From positions 2,560,001 through 2,624,000 of the forward strand of contig CAXXJJ010000004.1 of the NCBI GenBank assembly GCA_963667015.2: a stretch of DNA of 64,000 nt, given 5' to 3'. Position numbers and translations under genes: made by a program. Source of the DNA: Desulfatiglandales bacterium (GTDB lineage: Bacteria; Desulfobacterota; DSM-4660; Desulfatiglandales; HGW-15). The notes under the pieces were generated by a model, which saw nothing but the letters and a program-made list of their open reading frames with translations, did no database searches and was not told the origin of the DNA. Positions 43,502 through 52,623 of the stretch are shown piece by piece (within the stretch, counting starts at the first letter, position 1; the number at the start of each line of letters is the position of its first letter).

Positions 43502-44020
43502 AAAAGAATCCTTTAACTCTCCACCATCAACAACTAAAACATTTCATTTTCGTTGTAGGCAGGCCTGATGCCTAGCCCGGCAAAACCCTGACGAAGACAA
43601 TTGTTCGCCCGGTTTTTCTGTATCAAGCAATTCTGCTTTACCAACAGGAACAGACCGAGGCATCCATCACCTGGCAGTCATCCCCCGAACAGTCTATCAT
43701 AGCGTCTTATCCCGGCGTAGCCTTGGCGAAGACTGAACCGTGGAATCTATAACTCAGCCGTCATTCCACGATTTGTCAAAGATCCCGAGCTGTTTTCGGG
43801 GATCGCGGAATCCAGTGCCTTTTGTCTTTCATAGTGTCAAAAAATCTTTCGCCAGCTTCTTTAACCCGGTATTCTCTCGTTTTTCTCGTTTTTCCCTCGT
43901 TCCAATGGGCCGCCGTTGGAACGCCGTATTGAGACGCTCTGCGTAGATTTTAAGTTTCCTGATGCACCGACCTCAGATCTCTGACTTCTTATTTATTGCC
44001 TCCCTGACAGCCTTTAGCTG

Positions 44021-44049
44021 TTGACATACCTACGATACTTTTTCATAAT
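44021..44049 (+). promoter_or_regulatory. sigma70 promoter
   Basis: TTGACA-17-CATAAT. Confidence 0.65.
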
Positions 44050-44133
44050 AACGTCCTCTTCAGATTAAACAGTAATACCTTTTCGTTGGCACAGGTTTTT
44101 GCATCTATTTCAATATAAGATTTCAGGGAAATC

Positions 44134-44553
44134 ATGGGCTATAGTTTAAGAGTATTCTTTATTGATAAAGACGACTACATTAAGAAGATACCTTTAACCC
44201 GTTTTGACAGAATCCGGGCAAGAGATCCCAAAGAAAAACTCCATGGATATAAAAATTCCAGAATCAGATATGCAGAGATAGTGGTAGAGCTTGCAAACAG
44301 AAAACCTGTTTTTATGGCAAGATCTGTTTTTGGTTATCTGCAATTTGACTCAGAGGGACTGCTTGATCAAAAGTTTATGGATGATGAGTGGGATATAATG
44401 TGCAATATCCTCCCATTATCTTCCCCGCCAGATGCTGATAAAAAGATTATATATGCCAATGACAGGTTCGCAGAAAAGAGGTTCAAAAATAAATTTAAAT
44501 GGTCGCCTTCTCCTGAACTTGAAAAGAAAATCTTTGATAAAATATTTGAATAA
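44134..44553 (+). CDS. Hypothetical protein
   Basis: 139 aa ORF with promoter and AGGG RBS. Confidence 0.75.
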   Translation: MGYSLRVFFIDKDDYIKKIPLTRFDRIRARDPKEKLHGYKNSRIRYAEIVVELANRKPVFMARSVFGYLQFDSEGLLDQKFMDDEWDIMCNILPLSSPPDADKKIIYANDRFAEKRFKNKFKWSPSPELEKKIFDKIFE

Positions 44554-44813
44554 AATTTATTTACAGCATTGTTGAGTAAAAACCATCAACCTGATTATTT
44601 CGTTAGTGTCCTTAACTCGTAAGGGCAGTGCCCCTGTGCCTGCCCGGGTTTTGCTTTTTCTCTTTTATCTTTCATCGAAAAAAATTTTAAAATTAACCAG
44701 TCATATCATTTCAGTCTCAACGAATTACTGTCTTAAAAAGTTTTCCCGAATTACTTGAATCAATCAAAATATATTTGTTTTTTAACATCAGACCAGTTTC
44801 CGGATGGACACCA

Positions 44814-45170
44814 GAGGAAAATGACCTTGAGGCAAGGCGTATGTGCGTTGCGTAAAATCTTCAGCGTGAAAATTTATCGGTTATAGAAACAATAGAGACC
44901 ATTGTTGATCTTGTCGACTCCGAGCTTTGCGGTAATGAAGTGTATGACAGCATGGGTGAATCTGCCATGCATCGCTTGAAAAATCTACTTTCCAAACTGG
45001 ATTCAATCAGGAGCAGCAGAGACCGGGGCCCAAAGGTAGCAGATGAATCTAATATGCTGTTCCATAAATTTATGGAACAGGTGAAAAAAATCTTCAATAA
45101 CCTGCCCAAGTCATTGAAATGGTGATCATTTTACGAAAATGACCTCCAGATTTTAATGGACACCTATGAG
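44814..45170 (+). pseudogene. ParB/Spo0J-like fragment with nonsense codons
   Basis: EARRMCVA*NLQRENLS.IE (ENLQRE.L motif with TAA at 44853); second stop at 45123. Confidence 0.6.
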
Positions 45171-45202
45171 ATGAGGAAAGACAGGCTAAAGTTGGTTAGT
45201 CT

Positions 45203-45546
45203 GACCATACAAAACTACGAGCTTTTAAACTGGCGGATGACTTGGCATTAGATATTTACAAGGTAACAAGGTTATTTCCCAAAGAGGAATTATTTGGACA
45301 CAAATAAGAAGAGTAGCTGTTTCAGTGCCATCAAACATTGTGGAGGGATGTGCGAGAGAGAGTCAAAGTGAATATTTGCGTTTTCTTGAAATTGCCTTTG
45401 GATCGCTGAGAGAACTTCACTATCTATTTGGATTGTCCGAAAGACTTGGATATCTCGATAAGTGTGAGGATAGCATCTATGGAACTAAGATAATAGAAAC
45501 TGAAAAGGTTCTATCAGCATTGTTACGAGCGATGCGCAAATCCTAA
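45203..45546 (+). pseudogene. Four-helix-bundle (23S IVS-like) protein, frameshifted
   Basis: DHTKLRAFKLAD...FPKEELFG then frame change to QIRR.AVSVPSNIVEG.AR...EYLRFL.IA.GSL.E; start lost. Confidence 0.8.
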
Positions 45547-45619
45547 CAGTTTTTAGGTTGAGGTTATTGGGATTCCCTAACAGCCTTCAGTCTCAACTGC
45601 TTCAGCCTGTTTTTTTAGC

Positions 45620-45774
45620 GTGGACATCCGAATCGGCTACAATGAGATCGAGCTAAGGCGCAGAGTAAAAGCATGTGGAGGAAGATGGGAGCCTCAAAGA
45701 AAAGTGTGGCAGCTTCCTTATGAAAAGGTAAAAGAACTTGATTTATTAAATAGGATTATTGAAGATGAGTCTTG
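45620..45774 (+). pseudogene. C-terminal remnant of small conserved hypothetical gene (copy 1)
   Basis: DIRIGYNEIELRRRVKACGGRWEPQRKVWQLPYEKVKELDLLNRII*; paralog of 46008-46136. Confidence 0.7.
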
Positions 45775-45814
45775 AAAAATAATTATATATAGACATTTAT
45801 CAAACAGGGGAAAA

Positions 45815-46160
45815 ATGAGAGTAAAACGAATCATGCATCCAGGGCAGCCCGGTACTAAAAAGCTCATGAAAAAATATGGAAATAAGATGCTCTGTGTACG
45901 ATACAGGTATGATGAGGAGAAGATGATGATGTATAAGACAATAGAAATCATCATTGATGCGAAACCCTGGCAGGGAAAAACCAAAAAAAATGCCAAAACT
46001 TAAAAACATGTACATACGCATTGGCTACAATGAGATCTATTTATTTAGCCGGATAAAAAAATGGAGGAAGATGTTATCCTCAAAGAAGAGTCAGGGGCAG
46101 TTTCCTTATGAAAAGGTGATAGAGCTTGATTTATAAGGGAGGATTGTTGATAATTAGCCC
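45815..46160 (+). pseudogene. Small conserved hypothetical gene (copy 2), frameshifted
   Basis: PGQPGTKKL...YG..MLCVRYRYD...KTIEII then frame change in A-rich tract to YIRIGYNE...PYEKV.ELDL. Confidence 0.65.
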
Positions 46161-46167
46161 TGAAAAT

Positions 46168-46300
46168 TGGTTATATATGCACATTTATAAAGCAGGCAAA
46201 AAATGTAAAAATGGTTACGTGTAACTATAATAAAATGGTTACATATATCCAATTTTTTTAGACCTGGTTATATATAACCATAATTGTTTATATATAACCA
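46168..46300. repeat. Array of five 16-bp palindromes, consensus TGGTTATATATAACCA
   Basis: Copies at 46168, 46212, 46236, 46265 (perfect), 46285; degenerate copy at 45780. Confidence 0.85.
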
Positions 46301-46309
46301 TTTTTTAAA

Positions 46310-46341
46310 CCGGCTCTAAACCGCTTAATAACATGTTGGGC
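46310..46341 (+). other. attI-like primary recombination site
   Basis: ...TTAATAACAT-GTTGGGC; core matches R'' GCCCAAC of first attC; no upstream complementary arm, so not an attC. Confidence 0.65.
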
Positions 46342-46472
46342 AGTTTAGTAATTGCACATTTTGAATTTATTAATAGGGCGTATTCATCAAATACAATTTG
46401 GGGTACTCACGGTATTGGCTGCATTTAAAAGGGGCACATCCATTCCTGACTTTTTTCAAAAAGGAGAGAACA

Positions 46473-47591
46473 ATGAATAATCGTGTTTTTTATATTGCGG
46501 TATTTTTATTCATATCCGTTTTTGCTTTCTCAACCAGCGCCCAAAATACCTCGGATTGGAAAGATCCATCACCACATAGAATTCAGTTTATAACCGTTGA
46601 AAAAGATGTTCAACTGGAGGTTCTCGATTGGGGTGGTTCCGGGCGACCAGTTGTATTGCTCGCAGGGCTGGGTTACACAGCACATGTCTATGATGATTTC
46701 GCACAAAAATTGACGAAGGATTACCATGTAATTGGGATTACTCGGCGAGGTTTTGGTGCGTCTAGCAAACCAGATTCAGGTTATGAGGCAGATCGGCTTG
46801 GTGATGACGTGGTAGCTGTTTTAGACAGTATGAAGTTGGATCATCCTGTATTGGTTGGACACTCTATAGCAGGAGAGGAGTTGAGTTCTGTGGCTACGCG
46901 TTTTCCGAACCGTGTATCGGGTTTAATTTATCTCGATGCCGCATATGATTATGCGTTTGATGGTAGCGGCAGGATTGAGAAAAAAATGGCAGAACACTCC
47001 GAACTTGCGGCACAAACCCCATCAAATGAAAAAACAGAGGCTTTATCAAGTACGGAAAAGCCCAAACAATCGAGTGCTGAGAATTCAGGGCCACAGAATA
47101 TTCTTGACACAATAAGACCGCCGGTACCGAGCGAGGCAGATCTTGCCAGCATTTCCGCTTTCCGTTCTTGGGCGGAGCAAACCAACGGATACACTGTACC
47201 GGAAGCTGAGATGAGACGAAGACTGATTATTGATTCTGACGGGAGGATAAGCGGGCGTCGAGAAGAGCCTATGGCAGCACTTCATGCCGGGCAGTCGATT
47301 TCAGAAGGTATGAAGAGTTACAAAAATATCCCAGTCTTATGTCTTGCTATTTATGCAGATCATTCCGCTGATAATCCTTGGTTGAAAGAGACTGGACCTG
47401 AAGCGCAAAAGGAAATTGCAAAAATCAGGTCTAAAGAAATAACTGAGGACGAGGAAATCAAAGCAGCCTTTGAAAAAGGTATTCCAAATTCTAGAGTTGT
47501 GACATTATCTGATTCCAATCATTTCTTGTTCATCACAAACGAAGATGAAGTATTACGAGAAATGCATAACTTCTTAGAAAGTCTACCATAG
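46473..47591 (+). CDS. Exported alpha/beta hydrolase (cassette 1)
   Basis: Signal peptide, DWGG.G.P.VLLAG, RRGFG.S, GHSIAG nucleophile, C-terminal H. Confidence 0.88.
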   Translation: MNNRVFYIAVFLFISVFAFSTSAQNTSDWKDPSPHRIQFITVEKDVQLEVLDWGGSGRPVVLLAGLGYTAHVYDDFAQKLTKDYHVIGITRRGFGASSKPDSGYEADRLGDDVVAVLDSMKLDHPVLVGHSIAGEELSSVATRFPNRVSGLIYLDAAYDYAFDGSGRIEKKMAEHSELAAQTPSNEKTEALSSTEKPKQSSAENSGPQNILDTIRPPVPSEADLASISAFRSWAEQTNGYTVPEAEMRRRLIIDSDGRISGRREEPMAALHAGQSISEGMKSYKNIPVLCLAIYADHSADNPWLKETGPEAQKEIAKIRSKEITEDEEIKAAFEKGIPNSRVVTLSDSNHFLFITNEDEVLREMHNFLESLP

Positions 47592-47690
47592 TATATAAAA
47601 AGGTTTTATAGGGCGAAAGCAATTAAAAAGCGGTATTGTTCGGAAGACCTTATCTGATATACTTTATTTTAGTAAGAATCATGAGTAATC

Positions 47691-47757
47691 GCCCAACATT
47701 TGCATTAAGTCGGATTTGGCTAAAAGACAGCCAACCCGCTTATGCAAGGCGTTATAG
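47691..47757 (+). repeat. attC site 1
   Basis: GCCCAAC..TGCATTAAG...CTTATGCA..GTTATAG. Confidence 0.9.
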
Positions 47758-47767
47758 GCCATGAAAC

Positions 47768-48070
47768 GTGAATATGAAAAAAGATAAAAGTGAATCAATT
47801 ATTCCTGTATTACTTGTGGCCTTAATTTTTATTTCAATTATTGCAGGTGTCTTTGACACTTATTTTTATGGTGAGTTTTTATCAACAAAAGGTATATCAA
47901 GGTGGTCGTTAAAATTAGTGAACCCCAAATATATTCTTGAGTATTTAACATCATCGATTGGGGCAACACTCACAATTTTATCTCTATCACCATGGTTATT
48001 TCTTTTAGCAATTGTTTATTGGCCAGATGTATTTCATAAAAAAAACAGGCTATATCGGGATAGGAAGTAG
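47768..48070 (+). CDS. Small membrane protein (cassette 2), C-terminus extended by intron sequence
   Basis: 2 TM segments; original stop CTA-TAA split by intron. Confidence 0.65.
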   Translation: MNMKKDKSESIIPVLLVALIFISIIAGVFDTYFYGEFLSTKGISRWSLKLVNPKYILEYLTSSIGATLTILSLSPWLFLLAIVYWPDVFHKKNRLYRDRK

Positions 48071-50165
48071 CCTCACGACTACTCCCTCCCACACCACGCA
48101 GCATACGGGTCCGTACAACGCGGTTCGGCTGATCGAAGGCAGAAATCAGTTCCAGGGGAACACAAGCCCAAGCGATGAAAAGTATTTATTAGGTAGTGCA
48201 TACTGAACCCATTCAACTCTGCTCATTCTCCATGGACCCTTTCGGGCACATCCGGTAGTAACAGCTTCATCTTTTCTAACTCCTCTTTTGAGGAGTTCAC
48301 CTACACGGGTTCTGCGGTTCTTCCAGTGTTTCCAGATAACAGCCCGAAGGCGTCGCCTGATCCAACTGGGCAAGAGCTTTATTCGGTTGTAGGACTCGGT
48401 AATACCATAATAGTTCCACCAACCTCTCATATAATCATTAAGCTCTTTGATCACCTGCACAATACTGCGCCCTCTATTGCGGGCTGTGATTTCCTTTACC
48501 CGCTCCTTAAACCTCTTGATACTCTTCCAATGAATACGTATCTTGGGATTCGTGCTTGAGTTTGTTACGCAGAATCCCAGATACTTACTTTTCCATGGGA
48601 GGCTAATGGCGCTCTTTTCCCGGTTCACCTTTAATCTCAACTTCTTTTCTATAAACCGGGTTATACTACTCATCACTCGATTCGCTGCCGGTTTGCTTTT
48701 GACAAATATGACACAGTCATCAGCATACCTGACAAAACGAAGACCACGCTTCTCAAGCTCTTTATCCAGTTCATCAAGAACAATATTACTGAGCAAGGGG
48801 GAAAGTGGGCCGCCTTGAGGTGTACCCTCTCTCATTGGCTCTACAAGACCTCCAATCATTACACCGGATGTCAGAAACCTGCGGATGAGCTTCAATACCC
48901 TCTTATCCTTTATCCTGGCAGCAAGACGACTCATTAGTCTGTCATGATTTACCCTGTCAAAGAACTTGGATATATCAATATCAACCACATACTTATACCC
49001 TGCCCTCAGATACTCTCGGTACTGACGAACAGCACCATGCTGAGAGCGTTCTGGGCGGAAGCCAAAGCTCATCTCCGAAAAGGTATAATCCCAGATACTT
49101 GTAAATACCTGAGCCACTGCCTGCTGAATCACCCTGTCCAGTACTGTGGGAATCCCGAGAAGGCGGATTCCGCCGTCCGGTTTTTCAATCTCCTTTTGCA
49201 ATACCGGCATGGGCATATATGTTCCATCCAGCAGGGCCTTTTCGATCTTGTCCCGGTGCCTTTGATAATACCTGTTTATTTTACTTACAGTCATACCGTC
49301 CACACCGGGGGCTCCCTTGTTCTTGATGACCCGCCTGATAGCGCGTCTCATGTTGTTCCGCTCACAGATTGACTCCATGAGTCCCGCCCAACATCGGCGG
49401 GATCGGGCTTTCGGATAGACGCGACGCAATAAAATCTTCGGAACTCGTATCCGTTTTAGCCCTTGGGCCGGGATCTATCGAGTACAACTCAAGTTGTTTC
49501 CACTGCCGCAATGATTTCATTAGACTCGTCTCCTATTAACCTCTCTCATTTACCCCTGCCATTCGACAGGTGGCACCGTTCGGGCCTTATTCCTTAGTAC
49601 CGACTGTACTCAGGAACTATTATGCCCTCTGCTGACTCCCACTACGCGATAGTCTCCCCTTGCGGTTTGATCACTCATTGGTTTCTACCGCCTGCGCCCT
49701 CTGTTTGTTTACCCTGCCCTGCAGGACAGGCTCATCATTTGCCGGGACGCCCGGTCATTTGATGCCGGGGATTTTTTTCCGGTTTTCCCGATATTCCGGT
49801 AGCTTACAGCGATAGATCTTCTGAGACGCAATGGACCTCCCGGGGTAAGCCTCGGCTACTTTCAGCGCACGATTGTCAGATATACTTGGTTCAGCCATGT
49901 AACGGATATAGGACTTTATCCTGTGTTGCGGACTCGTCCCGACATCCCCCAGCCTAATCTGCCTGCCCTCTACCAGTTAAGGTACGGGGCATACCTGTAC
50001 GTCAACCCACGCTTTTGTCTTAGGCTTCCTTCAGGCACATATTCCTTTCAGTACCCTTGCCCTCGACTATCCTTCGGCTCCGTCAGCCTGGATATGGACT
50101 TTGCAGTGTATTTGTGTCAAAATACCTCCGCATCACCATTTAGCAGCCGGACCAGCCCGGCACAC
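48054..50165 (-). mobile_element. Group II intron, class C (IIC-attC type), 2112 nt
   Basis: 5' GUGUG at 50165; domain V GAACCGCGUUGUACGGACCCGUAUGCUGCGUGGUGU with CGC triad; DVI and ...CCCGAU 3' end at 48054; removal restores attC R'' CTATAAC. Confidence 0.93.
48146..49429 (-). CDS. ltrA: Group II intron reverse transcriptase/maturase (no endonuclease domain)
   Basis: GAPGVDG, R.LGIPTV.DR, GFRP.RS, GTPQGGPLSPLL.N, RYADD, YLGF, X domain; start may be 49378. Confidence 0.97.
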   Translation of the reverse strand: MRRVYPKARSRRCWAGLMESICERNNMRRAIRRVIKNKGAPGVDGMTVSKINRYYQRHRDKIEKALLDGTYMPMPVLQKEIEKPDGGIRLLGIPTVLDRVIQQAVAQVFTSIWDYTFSEMSFGFRPERSQHGAVRQYREYLRAGYKYVVDIDISKFFDRVNHDRLMSRLAARIKDKRVLKLIRRFLTSGVMIGGLVEPMREGTPQGGPLSPLLSNIVLDELDKELEKRGLRFVRYADDCVIFVKSKPAANRVMSSITRFIEKKLRLKVNREKSAISLPWKSKYLGFCVTNSSTNPKIRIHWKSIKRFKERVKEITARNRGRSIVQVIKELNDYMRGWWNYYGITESYNRIKLLPSWIRRRLRAVIWKHWKNRRTRVGELLKRGVRKDEAVTTGCARKGPWRMSRVEWVQYALPNKYFSSLGLVFPWN

Positions 50166-50228
50166 AACCCGCTAATCTACCGGACCTGGCTGAAACGCTT
50201 GCCAGGCCGGTAATCAGCACCGTTATTT
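50166..50228 (+). repeat. attC site 2 (R'' interrupted by intron)
   Basis: [CTAT at 48050-48053]AAC..GCTAATCTACCGG...CCGGTAATCAGC..GTTATTT. Confidence 0.88.
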
Positions 50229-50253
50229 TTCGTAATAAATTTGGGAAACTATT

Positions 50254-50478
50254 TTGAGTACACTTAAAGACATCCTTTTAATCTTGATTGGTATAATCGT
50301 AGTTGCCTTTTCTCTATATCAAAAATTTGTATTGGGGGTTAACTTCTTCCTGAAAGGTTGGGGTATATACGAACAAAAAGATTTTGGAGCAATTTTCTAT
50401 TTTGTTATAGGTGCAGGGTGCATTGTATATGGTATTTTTGATCCAAATGCAAAATGGAATATACCAAAGAAAAAATAA
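50254..50478 (+). CDS. Small 2-TM membrane protein (cassette 3)
   Basis: Fills cassette; stop lies in R'' AAATAAC. Confidence 0.7.
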   Translation: MSTLKDILLILIGIIVVAFSLYQKFVLGVNFFLKGWGIYEQKDFGAIFYFVIGAGCIVYGIFDPNAKWNIPKKK

Positions 50479-50603
50479 CAAACCAATAAACTCAGACCGG
50501 GCTACTCTCTTGCCAGATCGGGATTGAGTTTAACATAGCAACAATTAAGGTCGGCAAATACTTAATAAATTAAAACGCCCGGCTGGTTATCGGCGCGTTA
50601 AGT
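50473..50603 (+). repeat. attC site 3
   Basis: AAATAAC..CCAATAAAC..CCGGGC...GCCCGG..GGTTATCGG..GTTAAGT. Confidence 0.85.
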
Positions 50604-50656
50604 GGAGTTGGTTCACAAAATGCTGAGTTATCTTGCATTTAAAACCAAAACGAAAA

Positions 50657-52189
50657 ATGGACGACATTAGAATAAAACTAAAAGAAATTTACTTACCCTT
50701 TTTAGTAGTCTCGATTGGAACTATCTTCTTTTATAACTCATTTAGGTGGCTATTTGACATTAAACTTGGCATCCTTCCATTAAAAGAGGACTTGCTTAAT
50801 TATTGGATTCCTTTCGCTCTTCCTTGGATACCAATCTTAATTTGGCTTAGAAGAAGAATCCGAATTCTAGACGTAAATGGAAAAAGAGATAATGGACACT
50901 TCCTCTATCAATTTGCAATGGTAATTGCTATCGCAGTTCCTATAATTGTAAGTCAGAATTATATAGAGAAGGCACCTTTTGACCTAGTTTCAGTAAATAA
51001 CATAGACGAAACAGAAGACTTTGGTTATGAAAAATACTTTGATGTTCAATCGTTTAGTGTTGACAAAAACGCTAGTCTTTCTTATGCAACCGCTAGAACT
51101 TCTGGCAGGAACAATGATGACCTAACTTTTTATCTTTACCTAGCTTGTCCTTTTGAGAACTCAAAAAATGTTTGGTATGGTGTGGAGTACAAGAAGTACT
51201 TGAGCAATCGTATTAGTGATGAGAGAAAGGATTCCGAATACAAAAGCTTTTTAAAAATATCAGAATTAAGATTTTACATTTATGATTTTCAGAATGTTAA
51301 ATATTTTGAAAAACTTGGTTACTCGGATGACAGAGACGGTTTTATTGAGGCAATCAAAAAAAGGGACTCAAATGTAAATGAAAAAAAGCAATTCATATTA
51401 GTGCCTAAAACAGATGATTTTGATCAAAGACTTGGAAATACACTTCCTTGGATTTTTAGCTCATTTGGAATTGGAGCATTTGTTCTACTCATAATGGTGT
51501 TCATTCCAGATATTGACGAAAAAGAACTAAGTGACTTCAAAAAAGACAAGCCCTTAAAAGAGGATGACTTAAAAGATATTTTGGAATTTCTTGACCCAAG
51601 AGGTCCAAACAAAGCGACTGCAATCCTGCTTCAGTTAAACATAGCTGTTTTCATAGTAATGATATTTTTAGGACTAAATATTGTCTCACCTACTCCTAAA
51701 GAACTTTTGGAAATTGGCGGAAATAGAAGATTTGAAGTAATGAACGGAGAATATTGGAGACTGTTCACTTCAATATTTATACACAGTGGACTAATGCACT
51801 TATTTATGAACCTATTTGGTTTGGGCATAGGTGCAAGTTTATTGGAGGGAATCCTAGGACGAGCTAAGTTAATATTGTGCTTTTCCGTTTGTGGTATTTT
51901 TGCAAGTTTAACCAGTATTTATTGGCACGTAAACACAGTTAGTGTCGGAGCTTCAGGTGCTATTTTCGGACTTTATGGGTTGATTTTAGCTTTTACAGTA
52001 TTCAAAATCTATCCGCATCATATGCGTGGAATCACTTGGATGTTATTAGGTCTTTATGCAGGAGTAAGTTTATTGTTCGGCTTTTTTGGTGGAATAGATA
52101 ACGCAGCACATTTTGGCGGACTAATAAGTGGATTCATTATCGGAGGAATCTTGATATTGACTGAAAGAGAAAAAATAAAAAAAACGTAA
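50657..52189 (+). CDS. Rhomboid intramembrane serine protease with N-terminal extension (cassette 4)
   Basis: WRLFT..F.H...HL..N, VGASGAIFG, DNAAHFGG. Confidence 0.92.
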   Translation: MDDIRIKLKEIYLPFLVVSIGTIFFYNSFRWLFDIKLGILPLKEDLLNYWIPFALPWIPILIWLRRRIRILDVNGKRDNGHFLYQFAMVIAIAVPIIVSQNYIEKAPFDLVSVNNIDETEDFGYEKYFDVQSFSVDKNASLSYATARTSGRNNDDLTFYLYLACPFENSKNVWYGVEYKKYLSNRISDERKDSEYKSFLKISELRFYIYDFQNVKYFEKLGYSDDRDGFIEAIKKRDSNVNEKKQFILVPKTDDFDQRLGNTLPWIFSSFGIGAFVLLIMVFIPDIDEKELSDFKKDKPLKEDDLKDILEFLDPRGPNKATAILLQLNIAVFIVMIFLGLNIVSPTPKELLEIGGNRRFEVMNGEYWRLFTSIFIHSGLMHLFMNLFGLGIGASLLEGILGRAKLILCFSVCGIFASLTSIYWHVNTVSVGASGAIFGLYGLILAFTVFKIYPHHMRGITWMLLGLYAGVSLLFGFFGGIDNAAHFGGLISGFIIGGILILTEREKIKKT

Positions 52190-52220
52190 GCTAACTCTGA
52201 AACGTACTTTATAGATCTCC

Positions 52221-52305
52221 ACTTAACATCTAGCTCCACCAGACCCCGGAGGGTTCCTTGCTAATAGTTAAAATAACGGCGGGGCTGGTGAGCAAGGCGT
52301 TAAAA
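52221..52305 (+). repeat. attC site 4
   Basis: ACTTAAC..GCTCCACCAG...CTGGTGAGC..GTTAAAA. Confidence 0.9.
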
Positions 52306-52609
52306 GTTGAAATGGAACATGTATCACATGCTATTTGGTAAAAATGGCAGCGTTGCCAAATTTACCAAATGGCAGTAGAAGAAATAAAAATCCGGGATGA
52401 ATTAATCCCATTTGGCGGATCTGGCAGTGTCGCCAAATCCGCCAAATGTAAAAATAAAATCAAAATTAAGTCATAATAATAACTGGTTATCAAAAAACAA
52501 TAGTCGGTAAATAGCAGGCGAAATTGGCTTTTAACCTGTCGCTTCACAAGACCACGAGGGGCTTCTTTCAATTTTTGCTGAGCATCTCGGCGTGGCTTGT
52601 GAGCTGGCC
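52299..52609 (+). other. ORF-less gene cassette 5 containing twin 38-nt hairpins
   Basis: Bounded by GTTAAAA and TTTTAAC; no + strand ORF over 35 codons; hairpins 52333-52370 and 52410-52447. Confidence 0.8.
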
Positions 52610-52616
52610 GTTATGA
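52529..52616 (+). repeat. attC site 5
   Basis: TTTTAAC..GCTTCACAAG.CCACG...CGTGG.CTTGTGAGC..GTTATGA. Confidence 0.9.
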
Positions 52617-52623
52617 TAGGACA

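Noticed and set aside
44086..44103. sigma54 promoter TGGCACAGGTTTTTGC
   Set aside because: GG to GC spacing is 11, not 10; a sigma70 promoter is already present
44791..45165. IS terminal repeats around ATGGACACC
   Set aside because: Short direct match, no transposase; the second copy lies in the ParB-like reading frame
46168..46300. CRISPR array
   Set aside because: Repeats are only 16 bp with irregular 4-28 nt gaps; no cas genes
48146..49429. Retron, DGR or defence RT
   Set aside because: Flanked by complete group II intron ends and domain V/VI; has maturase X domain
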